NCBI GenBank assembly: GCA_002726515.1
Contig: PBTE01000181.1
Span: 11,174-75,173 of the forward strand
DNA: 64,000 nucleotides
Direction of reading: 5' to 3'
DNA from: Planctomycetaceae bacterium
Lineage (GTDB): Bacteria > Planctomycetota > Planctomycetia > Pirellulales > Pirellulaceae
Shown here piece after piece: positions 18,755-28,820 of the stretch. The notes below the pieces were generated by a model. The model was not told where the DNA came from. It worked only from the letters and a program-made list of their open reading frames with translations, and did not search any database. How positions within the stretch are numbered: position 1 is the first letter of the stretch; every line of letters starts with the position of its first letter. The translations under genes were made by a program, and so were the position numbers.

Positions 18755-19087
18755 TTAAGGTCCAAGACTCGGTGGATTCTTGGCCAAGAAATCTCGTGGA
18801 CCCCGCACCGTGTAATAAGGGTAAGTCACCGTCGGTGTCGCATCTCCGGCCATCAGGTCGGCTGGTAAACCCTGACCGCGAGGCGTGAATTCCGCTCCCC
18901 TTCGCTCGTGCCCAGAAAGTTTCGATAGCAGACCCAAACCAAGAGGTCCGCTGCTATCCTGGCCCAAGTGGCCTTCATAGCCAACTCCACCCGGACCATT
19001 CCCTACTGGATCTGCACTGTGAAATTTACTAGCCTGGCAACCGACCAGCAGGGTCAGTGTCGCCAGTGCGAACATCGTAGCTTTCAT
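18755..19087 (-). CDS. hypothetical lipoprotein, Gly/Pro-rich
   Basis: Lipobox signal 'MKATMFALATLTLLVGCQ'. Low-complexity G/P-rich mature part. The ORF extends to 19102. Confidence 0.45.
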   Translation of the reverse strand: MKATMFALATLTLLVGCQASKFHSADPVGNGPGGVGYEGHLGQDSSGPLGLGLLSKLSGHERRGAEFTPRGQGLPADLMAGDATPTVTYPYYTVRGPRDFLAKNPPSLGP

Positions 19088-19994
19088 CGCTTCCCCCCTC
19101 ACTGCGTTCGTGGTTCGCAGAACGCGTCAACCATTGAAAATTCGTGGATCGCTCACGGCCAGCCAGAGGCGGCCCTACCTTGCTTCATCGTCGGATCAAT
19201 CACGATAATTGAAAGAATCAATCCAGTTGGCCCATCTTATTTGGCGCGCCAGTTGCGGATAGTCTCATACGTTTTAACTGGTCACCCGCGGGCAGAAGCG
19301 TCACAGATAACGGGGCCTGGAACAGAAAGAGGCTGGGTGTAGGGCCGGTTCGTGAACGAGGCAGATGATGATGATTTGCTGGAACCCTTAATGAAGTTAG
19401 GTGTTACAGCGATTCATGCGTGGCCAGAGGCGTTGGATCCGAGTTGGTCGTTCTTTGGCCAGTCGGTTGAAAAAAGGGTGAGTTGGAAGTCGTTCTCCGG
19501 ACAGCTTCCGACTTGCCCATTTTTTTGATGCGTTGCATTTTGATACATGTGCATCGTTTTAATACATCTGAATCGATCAGATACCAAGCCAGGATTGGGC
19601 GTCAAATCGCAAAACGAGGCCGCTGGCTGATTTTATGTTGCGTTCGTCTGGCTACTGCCGAGCCTTGGGAATGCAAGATTTTCCTCGCTATCAAACGGCA
19701 TGATTTGATTTGCGCAAGTTCGACAGCGGATCCTCCCGATAACCAGGAGTGACTGCCCCTCTGGAATAATGCTTGATCAGTGGCCTGTTCCCATCATTCG
19801 TCTATTTGCCTGAAATTGTTGTAGCGGACCGAATCGTTGTGTGTTTCAATGATTGGCTCGGCATTGTAGGGCAGGGGGAAATGCCGTTGTCCGAGGTTCG
19901 CGTTGTCCTGGATTTTGTGCGATAATCGACGGGAAATCGGATTCGTACAAGCTGCTCCGTTTTCCCTTACTCAACGTCAGAAGTTGCCTGTGGC

Positions 19995-21743
19995 GTGTCC
20001 GTTGTCTGTGAAGGTGTTAACGTGGGTACAAACGGCTCCCCTTTCAATAAGACGAATCAGCGGACCGTTGTCGATCGATCTCCGTGGGCTTTCTTTGTGA
20101 TCGGCATCTGCCTGTGGTTGCTCTCCATCCAGTCGACCGGGCAGGCTGCGCAGCGGCCGGGCGATCACACAATCCCGCAGGTTGCTACCATCGACCAAGA
20201 AATCTGGCAGGGCTGGCAGGATTACAAACTGACACCCTCAGCGGTTGCCAAAGACAGTGAATGGTGCCGACGAGTTTACTTGGATTTGATTGGTCGTATT
20301 CCCACGATCGACGAGTTGACAATCTTTGAAAAAGATCGCCCGGCAGATCGCAAACTGAATCTTGTGAACACATTGTTGCACAACGATAAGTACACGGAAG
20401 AGTACGCGCGCAATTGGACTACCATTTGGACCAATGTTCTTATTGGCCGCAACGGTGGCAATGAAAACCGTTCGCTGACAAACCGCCAGGGGATGCAGAA
20501 GTATTTGCGCGACAGTTTCGCCCGCAACAAATCCTACGACCAGATGGTCGTGGAATTGATCAGCGCCGAGGGGGTTAACACTCCCGGGATGAAAAACTTC
20601 AATGGCGCGGTAAATTTTTTAGCCAACAAGCTCACTGAAAATGCGACTCTAGCTACTGCGCAAACCACCGAGATTTTCCTCGGGATGCAGGTCCAGTGCA
20701 CTCAATGCCACAACCATCCGTTCAACGAGTGGAAACAGGCCAAGTTTTGGGAAATGAATGCGTTCTTTCGCCAGACAGTGGCCTTGCGGAGATTTGAATC
20801 TGGTTCCCGTGATATTCAATTTGTCGAACTGGCGAATCAGGATTTTGCCGGAGAAGGTAGTCAGGCTCAAGAGGCCGAACTCTACTACGAACTCCGCAAT
20901 GGACTGTTAAAAGTCGCTTATCCGGTTTTTGTTGACGGAACAGCAATTGGCCCAAGCGGTTACCTGCGAGATGTCAATCGTCGATTGGAATTGGCGCAAC
21001 TGGTTGTCTCTTCTCCGTACATGCCCCAGGCGATCGTGAATCGGATGTGGGCTCATTTTCTGGGTTACGGTTTCACCAAACCGGTAAACGATATGGGCCC
21101 CCACAATACAGCCAGTCACCCTGAATTACTCGCCTATCTGGGTAAAGAGTTTCGCTCCAACAGTTTCGACTTGAAGCAGCTTATCCAGTGGATTGTGCTG
21201 AGCAAACCTTACTCACTGTCGAGCCAGATGAAACGAAACAATTTTCGGGACGATCCCGAACTGGGGGAGCAGCCCAAGTTCAGTCACTTCTATCTCCGGC
21301 AAATGCGCGCCGAGGAACTTTACGAATCCTTGCTGGTGGCCACCCAGGCGCACAAAATTCAACGTAGCTACCAAGAGCAGGAAGAAACCAAGAACCGCTG
21401 GTTGCGCCAGTTCATAATCGCGTTTGGTACGGACGAGGGAGATGAGACCACCACTTTCAACGGTACGATTCCGCAGGCATTGATGCTGTTTAACGGTGAT
21501 CTGATGCAACGCGCGACGAGTGCAGACGAAGGTGGGTTCCTGAACACCATCGCGACAAGCAAACTCACGAATGCCCAGAAGATTCAATATCTTTATCGTG
21601 CCGGACTGGCCCGGCGGCCTTCCGGTCGTGAAATCGGTGCAGCCAATCAACTTTTAGCGGCACGGCTGGGCAATACGACAGCGGCCCTGCAAGACGTTTG
21701 GTGGGCAATTTTAAACAGCAATGAATTTATCCTGAATCATTGA
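19995..21743 (+). CDS. DUF1549/DUF1553 domain protein (planctomycete PSCyt2/PSD1 type)
   Basis: GTG start. Signal/TM '[15 protein letters not shown]'. Hallmark DUF1549 motif '[13 protein letters not shown]'; a Cys-rich '[10 protein letters not shown]' segment; DUF1553-type C-terminus. Confidence 0.85.
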   Translation: MSVVCEGVNVGTNGSPFNKTNQRTVVDRSPWAFFVIGICLWLLSIQSTGQAAQRPGDHTIPQVATIDQEIWQGWQDYKLTPSAVAKDSEWCRRVYLDLIGRIPTIDELTIFEKDRPADRKLNLVNTLLHNDKYTEEYARNWTTIWTNVLIGRNGGNENRSLTNRQGMQKYLRDSFARNKSYDQMVVELISAEGVNTPGMKNFNGAVNFLANKLTENATLATAQTTEIFLGMQVQCTQCHNHPFNEWKQAKFWEMNAFFRQTVALRRFESGSRDIQFVELANQDFAGEGSQAQEAELYYELRNGLLKVAYPVFVDGTAIGPSGYLRDVNRRLELAQLVVSSPYMPQAIVNRMWAHFLGYGFTKPVNDMGPHNTASHPELLAYLGKEFRSNSFDLKQLIQWIVLSKPYSLSSQMKRNNFRDDPELGEQPKFSHFYLRQMRAEELYESLLVATQAHKIQRSYQEQEETKNRWLRQFIIAFGTDEGDETTTFNGTIPQALMLFNGDLMQRATSADEGGFLNTIATSKLTNAQKIQYLYRAGLARRPSGREIGAANQLLAARLGNTTAALQDVWWAILNSNEFILNH

Positions 21744-21759
21744 AGCGGAGGTCCGGATC

Positions 21760-23025
21760 GTGTTCTCACAAACCCCCACCGGAATGACACGTCGACACTT
21801 CATGCAACACTTGACTGGAGCATCGGCAATGGCGCTGCCTGCCCTCACTTTTGGTACGAGCGTCAGGGCACATGCCGCGGATCTGAAACGTCGCAATAAA
21901 TCGGCCATTATGTTGTGGATGGGTGGCGGTCCTTCAACAATAGATATCTGGGATCTGAAACCGGGTGCAGCAACCGGCGGCAGTTTTACTCCCATCAGTA
22001 CTTCCGGTGACGTGCAAATCTGTGAACACTTGCCCATGATGGCCCAGCAAATGCACCACATGGCGGTCATTCGCTCGATGAGCACGCGCGAGGCTGATCA
22101 CCAACGTGGACGTTACTACATGCACACCGGGTATGTTCCGGATCGCAATGTCCAACATCCTAGTTACGGCTCTGTGGTGGCTCACGAACTGGCAGGAACA
22201 CAAACGGAACTTGAAATCCCCCCTTTCGTTACCGTGGGTGGAGGAAGTGTCGGACCCGGCTTCCTGGGAATGGCATGGGCGCCCTTTACTGTGAGTTCGG
22301 ATGGACAGGTTCGAAACCTCGATCATGACATCGATTCCGATCGACTCCTGCAACGCATGGCAGCGTTAAATCTAATTGAGAGCAGCTTCAATCGACAAAA
22401 TCGTGGTTCGGCGGGAAAAGAACATGAAAAGATTCTTCAAAAGACGCTCACCTTGATGACGAGCGAACAACTGAATGCTTTTCAGGTTCGTCAGGAACCG
22501 CAAGCCGTCCAGGACAGTTACGGTACCGGGGGTTTTGGCCGCGGTTGCCTTCTGGCGCGCCGCTTGGTGGAAGCGGGTGTACCGTTCGTCGAAGTCGATA
22601 TGGGAGGCTGGGACAACCATGCAAACATTTTCCCGACGCTGGAAACCAAGCTTCCCGAAATGGATCAAGCCATGGGCGCCCTGGTCGTTGATCTGGAACA
22701 ACGGGGGTTGCTCGAAGACACGGCCATTATCTGGATGGGCGAATTCGGCCGCACACCCCGTATCAACGGAAACACGGGTCGAGATCATTGGGCGCGCAGC
22801 TGGAGTGTGGTCGTAGGAGGAGGCGGAGTGAAGGGTGGAATCGCCATCGGCGAAACCAATCTTGACGGAACCCGTGTAGAAACCGAACCCTATACGTCCC
22901 AGGATCTGATGGCCTCGGTCTGTCAAGCTCTGGGCATTTCCCTGCAGACGGTTTTTACCAGCAATAATGGCAGGCCGATGAAAATTGCTAACGGCGGCAA
23001 AGTAATTAAAGAGTTGTTCAGCTGA
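21760..23025 (+). CDS. DUF1501 domain protein (sulfatase-like, Tat-secreted)
   Basis: GTG at 21760 with GGAGG 8 nt upstream. Twin-arginine signal 'MTRRHFMQHLTGASAMALPALTF'. It is the conserved partner gene of DUF1549/DUF1553 proteins. Confidence 0.85.
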   Translation: MFSQTPTGMTRRHFMQHLTGASAMALPALTFGTSVRAHAADLKRRNKSAIMLWMGGGPSTIDIWDLKPGAATGGSFTPISTSGDVQICEHLPMMAQQMHHMAVIRSMSTREADHQRGRYYMHTGYVPDRNVQHPSYGSVVAHELAGTQTELEIPPFVTVGGGSVGPGFLGMAWAPFTVSSDGQVRNLDHDIDSDRLLQRMAALNLIESSFNRQNRGSAGKEHEKILQKTLTLMTSEQLNAFQVRQEPQAVQDSYGTGGFGRGCLLARRLVEAGVPFVEVDMGGWDNHANIFPTLETKLPEMDQAMGALVVDLEQRGLLEDTAIIWMGEFGRTPRINGNTGRDHWARSWSVVVGGGGVKGGIAIGETNLDGTRVETEPYTSQDLMASVCQALGISLQTVFTSNNGRPMKIANGGKVIKELFS

Positions 23026-23071
23026 TCGAGCATCCCGCATTTTGCCCGGGTGATAGGGAATTCTGAATTCG

Positions 23072-24478
23072 TTGAAAAATCTACCTCTTTCTTCGTCACC
23101 ACATCGTGGTACCCTCCGGCTTATGCTGCGGCTGGCCATGCCGGTTCTGGCAGGGCAGTTGCTGACGATGCTGGTCGGTTTCACTGACTGGTGGCTGGCG
23201 GGCCACTATCTGCAAGAACCGCGGTATCTGGCTGCCATGGGGCTCATAGCATATGTTCTGTGGCTTCTGCCCAGTACGTTTGCTGCAGTGGCGATTGGTG
23301 CTACCGCCATGGTCGCCCGTTTCATCGGCGCCCGTCAAAACGAAGCCGCAGTTTGCGCCACCAACCAGGCCCTGATCATCGGTATCGTACTCACCATCCT
23401 GGTCACGCTGATAACGTTTTTTTTTGGGTCCGGCTTCGTTCAACTCATGCAATTGAAAGACGATGCCGCACCACTTGCAACCCGCTATTTGTGGATTCTC
23501 GTTCCCGTAATCCCGGCAATCATGATCGAACAGGTTGGCATTGCTTGCCTGCGCGGAGCGGGGGACACCATGAGCGGATTTGTTGCCAAAACCATTGTCA
23601 ATCTGGTGAATGTCGGGGTGAGTTTTGTCTTGGTGACCGGCTACGCAGGATTTCCCCAACGTGGCTGGGATGGTTTGGCACTGGGAACTGCCTGTGGGCA
23701 TGCTGTCGGCGGCCTCATCATCCTGGTGGTCCTTCTGGTCGGTCGCTCCGGACTGAAAATCCGTCTGTCTCAACTGCGACCTGAATTCGACCTGATCAAA
23801 CGGCTCTTACGGATTGGCATTCCGGGCGGCCTGGACATTGGTTTTGTGCTGCTCTGTCACTTGGTCTACGTATCTATTATCAACCGCATCGGCACACTGG
23901 CGGCGGCGGCCCATGGCCTGGGAGTCACGATTGAGTCCATGGCTTATTTGACAGGTGTGGCTTTTCAAGTTGCCGCTACAACAATGACAGGCCAGTTCCT
24001 GGGAGCCCGGGACCCGCGTCGCGCGACGAGAAGTGCCTGGCTGGCATGTTCAGTCGCCGGGGGATTCATGCTGGTGACTGCCTTCGCCTTCCGTTTTTTG
24101 CCGGAACTGCTAACTTCCTTTTTCACAGGAGATGCGTCCAGTCACACGGCGCAAGCCACCATACCGTTGCTACGAATCGTCGCTTTGTCCATCCCCTCAC
24201 TGACCCTGATCCAAGTTCTTAACGGTGCCTTGCGCGGTGCAGGAGACACACGTTGGCCGTTGATCATCTCCATCGTGGGTCTGCTGGGCATTCGCCTCCC
24301 AGGGGCTTGTCTGTTGGCCTGGGACCAACTGCCCATTCCCGGCACCCATCTTGTTTTCCAAGGATTCGGTTGGGGAGTTGAGGGCGCTTGGTATGCGATG
24401 TTGATCGATACGATTGTGCGCAGCATTTTGATGGTCGCCCGGTTTTGTCATGGGGGATGGAAGAACGTTCGTGTCTGA
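23072..24478 (+). CDS. MATE family efflux transporter
   Basis: 468 aa with 12 predicted TM helices. N-terminal 'LRLAMPVLAGQLLTMLVGFTDWWLAG' is typical of MATE/NorM. A TTG start is at 23072; the alternative ATG is at 23123. Confidence 0.85.
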   Translation: MKNLPLSSSPHRGTLRLMLRLAMPVLAGQLLTMLVGFTDWWLAGHYLQEPRYLAAMGLIAYVLWLLPSTFAAVAIGATAMVARFIGARQNEAAVCATNQALIIGIVLTILVTLITFFFGSGFVQLMQLKDDAAPLATRYLWILVPVIPAIMIEQVGIACLRGAGDTMSGFVAKTIVNLVNVGVSFVLVTGYAGFPQRGWDGLALGTACGHAVGGLIILVVLLVGRSGLKIRLSQLRPEFDLIKRLLRIGIPGGLDIGFVLLCHLVYVSIINRIGTLAAAAHGLGVTIESMAYLTGVAFQVAATTMTGQFLGARDPRRATRSAWLACSVAGGFMLVTAFAFRFLPELLTSFFTGDASSHTAQATIPLLRIVALSIPSLTLIQVLNGALRGAGDTRWPLIISIVGLLGIRLPGACLLAWDQLPIPGTHLVFQGFGWGVEGAWYAMLIDTIVRSILMVARFCHGGWKNVRV

Positions 24479-24825
24479 AACATGTGAATTCTGGTCGGCG
24501 CATTCAAACGCCTGGCAAAATGGAAACCGGGTATGAAAAGATCAATGTCCGCGAAACTTTGTGGTATTCACACTTCCCATTCTTTTGCGTTCAGTCGTCC
24601 CTTTCCGTTCCTGCAACGGTCACACCCAGCCTTGGTTGCTTCTCTAGTCAAAAAGAATCTGGTCTGTTAATCTTTTTTTGCAGAAGGATCCCATAAGATG
24701 ACCGATTCCCCCCGACTCACACCCTGTTACCAGAATCTGCATCGGAGTAACGTTTTCTGTGAGCACTGCACGGGAACATATTGCAGACATTCTGCGCCAC
24801 CGATTGCCACCCCGCAGACGCAGCT
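24395..24825. repeat. diverged direct repeat copy A (~430 bp), partner at 26555-26990
   Basis: This copy covers the last ~25 codons of the MATE gene, the 220-bp intergenic/promoter region and the first ~40 codons after ATG 24698. It is ~75-80% identical to copy B, with an identical core 'cgattgtgcgcagcatt', 'ggttttgtcatgg', 'tagtcaaaa.gaa.ctgg..tgttaatct' and 'atgac..attccccccga'. Confidence 0.6.
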
Positions 24826-26410
24826 CCGTGCGAGGACAACGCCCGACGTCACTATAACTTCGCATTTTCTAAGTCAATGTCGTTGGATCAGTCTACTGCT
24901 GGCCATACTGGTTTTGCTTGGATGTGGAAAGTCGCGTGACAGAGCAAACCGAGACGGTCGTCCATTTCCTCCGTTGGTGGTTTTGTATGCGCCATGCACG
25001 GTCAACAAAAGTTTTCTCTCTCCGTACAACCGAGAGGTGACCTACACGCCTCATCTTGAGTCGTTTGCAAATTCGGCGACCGTATTTACAAAACATCGCA
25101 CCGAAGCCGGACTGTCGGGAATCGCCTACGCTTCGATTTTGACCGGATCCCAGGCGCCCGAACATGGAGTCTACGCACACCCGGCCCGACTGCGAGATTC
25201 ACTCTATGACATCACGGAGGCGTTTGCTGCGAACGGTTACGACGTCTTTTTTTGGAACGATCAACGCATGGGGGCGGCAGATTTAAATTATGGACAGGGT
25301 GTTCCGCCGGAAAACGTGTTTGAACGGATACTGCAAGCGGACGATCGCGATTTTAAAAGAATACTTAAAAAGCTTCGCAAAGACCCGGACTATCGTGTCT
25401 TTCTATTGGTGAATTTTCGGGTCAATCACAATCCGTATCGCTCAGACAATCTGGTGAGTTTCCTGCAGAATTTTCCCGAGGAACGTAAGGATCTTGCCGG
25501 GATAACACAGCCGCAAGTGAATCGCTACATGAATTTGTACTACAAACACGACTTCTCACTGCGTTACGATTTTGAACGTACTCGAGAGCTGCAAGGTCTC
25601 ACTGAGAAGGAACTTGATGATCTAACCCGCGTTGTTCAGTTGTTGTACAAGTCAAATATTCCAATCCTGGACCAATTGTTTGGTGAAGTTGTGGCAAACA
25701 TTGATGCGGCGGGTTTCGCGGATGATTCGCTGATCGCATTTTCGGCGGATCACGGTGAATCCATGTTTCGCTCGCATGCACCATTTAAATGGTCTCACGG
25801 ACACGCGGTACAATCGGACGTGCTGGATGTCCCACTGATCATTCGTACGCCAAAAACATTTTCTGCAACCCATCGCTGTGAATTCGTGACGCGTTCGGTA
25901 GACATCTTTCCAACCCTGACCGCTTTAGCCCAACTTGAGTTACCGGAAAAAGTGTCTGTCGAGGGACATGACCTGTCGAAATACATGCGTCCGGGTCAGC
26001 CAGATCCGGGATTATCGGCGTATTCTCACTCGGGAATGGTGTTCCCATTATCTGGCAAGCGATATGCCGTGCAGAACCTGATGGGTCAATATCTGGCACG
26101 GTACTATCCTGCATCGGACATGGTTCATACTTGGGTTGCTATCCGACGTGGTGACTTTGTCTGGAAATACCGTTCGCTGGAAGACCAGACCTTCGTTTTT
26201 CAAGCGTTCGATGTGAGCCGGGATGCGGCCGAATCAACAAATCTTTTCGATATGGAAGATCCACGGCACCAAGAAATGTCCACCGAGTTGAAACGCTACA
26301 AGGACCATTTGGTGCGCTCCTATCGGGAATGGAGTTCGGCACCTCCCCCCGTCGAACTCGGTGAACAAGAAGAACTGAAGCGTCTTCGCAGCATGGGGTA
26401 CGTGAAGTGA
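24698..26410 (+). CDS. sulfatase-like hydrolase (alkaline phosphatase superfamily) with chimeric N-terminus derived from a degraded YkgJ-like gene start
   Basis: 570 aa. Sulfatase-type motifs 'AFSADHGESMF' and 'PLIIRTP'. An internal lipoprotein-type signal, 'RWISLLLAILVLLGCGKS', sits at residues ~60-80. It is preceded by 55 residues ('MTDSPRLTPCYQNLHRSNVFCEHCTGTYC...') homologous to the N-terminus of the YkgJ-family protein at 26863. No in-frame ATG/GTG/TTG lies between 24698 and the signal peptide. Confidence 0.7.
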   Translation: MTDSPRLTPCYQNLHRSNVFCEHCTGTYCRHSAPPIATPQTQLRARTTPDVTITSHFLSQCRWISLLLAILVLLGCGKSRDRANRDGRPFPPLVVLYAPCTVNKSFLSPYNREVTYTPHLESFANSATVFTKHRTEAGLSGIAYASILTGSQAPEHGVYAHPARLRDSLYDITEAFAANGYDVFFWNDQRMGAADLNYGQGVPPENVFERILQADDRDFKRILKKLRKDPDYRVFLLVNFRVNHNPYRSDNLVSFLQNFPEERKDLAGITQPQVNRYMNLYYKHDFSLRYDFERTRELQGLTEKELDDLTRVVQLLYKSNIPILDQLFGEVVANIDAAGFADDSLIAFSADHGESMFRSHAPFKWSHGHAVQSDVLDVPLIIRTPKTFSATHRCEFVTRSVDIFPTLTALAQLELPEKVSVEGHDLSKYMRPGQPDPGLSAYSHSGMVFPLSGKRYAVQNLMGQYLARYYPASDMVHTWVAIRRGDFVWKYRSLEDQTFVFQAFDVSRDAAESTNLFDMEDPRHQEMSTELKRYKDHLVRSYREWSSAPPPVELGEQEELKRLRSMGYVK

Positions 26411-26551
26411 CCCCGGACGATGTTCGGCAGCCAGGGTCGTGTATTGCGGCCGATCCAAGGAGCAGATTTTAGCTTGCAGCCGTCATTGGACTTCTTCCAT
26501 CGTAATCCGCGTCCAGTGAAACTTCGTCCGCCGGTGGTGCTGAAGCTTTGA

Positions 26552-26698
26552 TGGGTCGTGTTGATTGCGGCGATTGTGCGCAGCATTCTGGTGGTCGGTC
26601 GGTTTTGTCATGGAGGATGGAAGAGCCTTCGGTGTGAAGCCAATGACCCCCGGAAGCTGGAATCAAAACACGTGGCAAAACCCTGGGCGGGATTTTGA
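26552..26698 (+). pseudogene. remnant of a MATE transporter C-terminus (48 codons) inside repeat copy B
   Basis: Translation '...IVRSILVVGRFCHGGWKSLRC...' parallels the true MATE C-terminus '...IVRSILMVARFCHGGWKNVRV*' at 24410-24478. A stop lies immediately upstream (26549-26551), so no full gene is present. Confidence 0.4.
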
Positions 26699-26990
26699 GA
26701 CAATCAAGATCCCGGGAACTTCGTGGTTTCCATCCGCCCTGCTCTTTGGCGTTCATCCTCCTTTCTCCCTTCCCACTACTAACCACACCAGGTTCGCCGT
26801 TGGTTCACTAGTCAAAAGGAAGCTGGTTTGTTAATCTCTTTTTGCAGGAGGATCCCCCTAAAATGACTAATTCCCCCCGAATCAAGCCGCGGCGCCGGGA
26901 TTTAGATCCGAGTGAAATGTTGTGCGAATACTGCACGGCAAAGTGTTGCAGATATTTTGCTCTACCGATCGAAACCCCGGAGACCGCTGA
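26555..26990. repeat. diverged direct repeat copy B (~435 bp), partner at 24395-24825
   Basis: See copy A. This copy retains the intact YkgJ-family gene start and promoter. Confidence 0.6.
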
Positions 26991-27306
26991 GGACTTTGCG
27001 TTCATCCGCTGGTATCTTTTTCACGGCCAGGCGAGCGTCTTCACGGAGGACGAGGACTGGTACCTGTTGGTACACACGATCTGCAAACATTTGCAGGAAG
27101 ACAATCTTTGCGGGGCGTACGAGACACGGCCTCAAATCTGTCGTGATTACACGACCAACGACTGTGAATACGAAGACGAGTGGACGTATGATCGCTACTT
27201 CGAGATTTCGGAACAAGTTGAGGAATATTCCGACGCCATTTTTTCCGGACGAAACGGCGAAAGTATTCGCAGTCGTAAGCCCGCACTTCTACCCATAGTC
27301 GGATAG
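26863..27306 (+). CDS. YkgJ family Cys-cluster protein (CxxCxxCC putative Fe-S/Zn-chelating domain, UPF0153)
   Basis: ATG at 26863 with GGAGGA 10 nt upstream. 'CEYCTAKCC' N-terminal motif and 'CGAYETRPQICRDY' C-terminal motif. The ORF frame opens at 26842. Confidence 0.7.
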   Translation: MTNSPRIKPRRRDLDPSEMLCEYCTAKCCRYFALPIETPETAEDFAFIRWYLFHGQASVFTEDEDWYLLVHTICKHLQEDNLCGAYETRPQICRDYTTNDCEYEDEWTYDRYFEISEQVEEYSDAIFSGRNGESIRSRKPALLPIVG

Positions 27307-27311
27307 TGGGC

Positions 27312-28652
27312 ATGTCGAAAAGCTCTCTGATTCAACCACGCACTTTACGAGGCTTTCGGGACTACCTGCCCGATGCCATGATGCCGCGTGAACAACTGAT
27401 CGACACGGCTCGACAAGTTTATCGTTCTTATGGTTTCAGTCCGATCGATACTCCGGCTCTTGAATACGAAGAAATACTGGCAGGGAAAGGTGGTGATGAA
27501 TCTGACAAACTGATGTACCGCTTCGAGGATGGTGGGGGTCGAAGCGTGGGGATGCGGTTTGATCTGACTGTTCCCCTGGCCCGCTTCGCCGCGCAGCATG
27601 TGGCACAATTAGGTGTGCCCTGGAAACGCTACCAGATCGCAACTGTCTGGCGGGCGGAAAAATCGCAGCGCGGACGCTATCGTGAATTCATGCAGTGTGA
27701 CTTCGATACCATCGGCACACGTTCCTTGGCTGCCGATATCGAAACCGCCGTGGTCATCCACGACCTTTTTTCCACGCTAAAACTCAGCGACATTCACATC
27801 CACATCAATCATCGCCAGGTTCTCACCGGACTGTTGGAACAAGTCGGGCTTCTCGACCAATCCGTCGTCGTTTTACGTGCCATCGACAAGCTTGCTAAAA
27901 TCGGACACGAAAAAGTGGCTGAGGAAATTGAGACGGTCGGTGGTGCCTCGGCGCAGCAAGCCAAGGAAGTGCTTCAACTCTGCAATATCTCCGGCACCAA
28001 TGATGAAATGCTGCGTCAGGTCGAAGCGTTAGTCGTGTCAAGCGAAACCGGCATGGAAGGTTTGCATGCTCTGCGCCAGATCGTCGCCGGGGCTTCTGCT
28101 GCCGGGGTACCACAAGACAAGATCAAGATTGATGTGGCGACTGCGCGCGGACTTGATTATTACACAGGTACCGTATACGAAACCTTTCTCGATCAACTGC
28201 CAAACATTGGCAGCGTCTGTTCCGGTGGCCGTTATGATAATCTGGCCAAACTGTTTACCCACCAGGAGCTTCCCGGAATCGGTGCATCCCTGGGATTGGA
28301 CCGGCTCTTGGCGGCCATGGAAGAGCTTGGCATGATCGAAAAGGTTTCGACACCGGCCCAGGTCTTCATCCCCTTCTTCGAAAAAAGCCGCTTGCACGAG
28401 TACCTTCAGCTGGCAACTCAGCTTCGCGCCGCAGGGATCGGGGTCGAAGTCTTTCCCGAACCCAAAAAGCTGGGTCAACAGCTTAAATATGCGGATCGAC
28501 GGGGCTTCCGCATCGCACTGATCATGGGAGATCAGGAGTTTTCTGACGGCACCTGTCAGGTCAAAAACCTGTCGACCGGGTCCAGCGAGGAAATTGGCCT
28601 GGACCCGGATGCCAGTAACCTTGTTTCTGCAGTGCGGCAACTTCTGGTATAA
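27312..28652 (+). CDS. hisS: histidine--tRNA ligase
   Basis: Class II aaRS motifs 'RGFRDYLP', 'YRFEDGGGRSVGMRFDLTVPLARF', 'RYREFMQCDFD', 'GGRYDNL'. ATG at 27312; GTG at 27306. Confidence 0.9.
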   Translation: MSKSSLIQPRTLRGFRDYLPDAMMPREQLIDTARQVYRSYGFSPIDTPALEYEEILAGKGGDESDKLMYRFEDGGGRSVGMRFDLTVPLARFAAQHVAQLGVPWKRYQIATVWRAEKSQRGRYREFMQCDFDTIGTRSLAADIETAVVIHDLFSTLKLSDIHIHINHRQVLTGLLEQVGLLDQSVVVLRAIDKLAKIGHEKVAEEIETVGGASAQQAKEVLQLCNISGTNDEMLRQVEALVVSSETGMEGLHALRQIVAGASAAGVPQDKIKIDVATARGLDYYTGTVYETFLDQLPNIGSVCSGGRYDNLAKLFTHQELPGIGASLGLDRLLAAMEELGMIEKVSTPAQVFIPFFEKSRLHEYLQLATQLRAAGIGVEVFPEPKKLGQQLKYADRRGFRIALIMGDQEFSDGTCQVKNLSTGSSEEIGLDPDASNLVSAVRQLLV

Positions 28653-28820
28653 TTGACCGGGAGTTGAAAGGGTCAGGGCGTGAACAAGAAGCCCGGCAGT
28701 CTGGTAGCTGTCCTGGCTCGACTTTAGAGATCAAAATGTGGCAGACGTCGTGGCTTTCTGATCTTCGTTCCCCTCCACGATCGATCTTTCCATTCGTCGC
28801 GTATTCATGAGGCTTGCGGC

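Noticed and set aside
22372-23773. 270-aa and 225-aa minus-strand ORFs
   Set aside because: Antisense to the DUF1501 and MATE genes respectively; no motifs.
24877-24942. Out-of-frame ATG (24877) as alternative sulfatase start
   Set aside because: It reads only 21 codons (MSLDQSTAGHTGFAWMWKVA*) before a stop and is in the wrong frame relative to the signal peptide and enzyme body.
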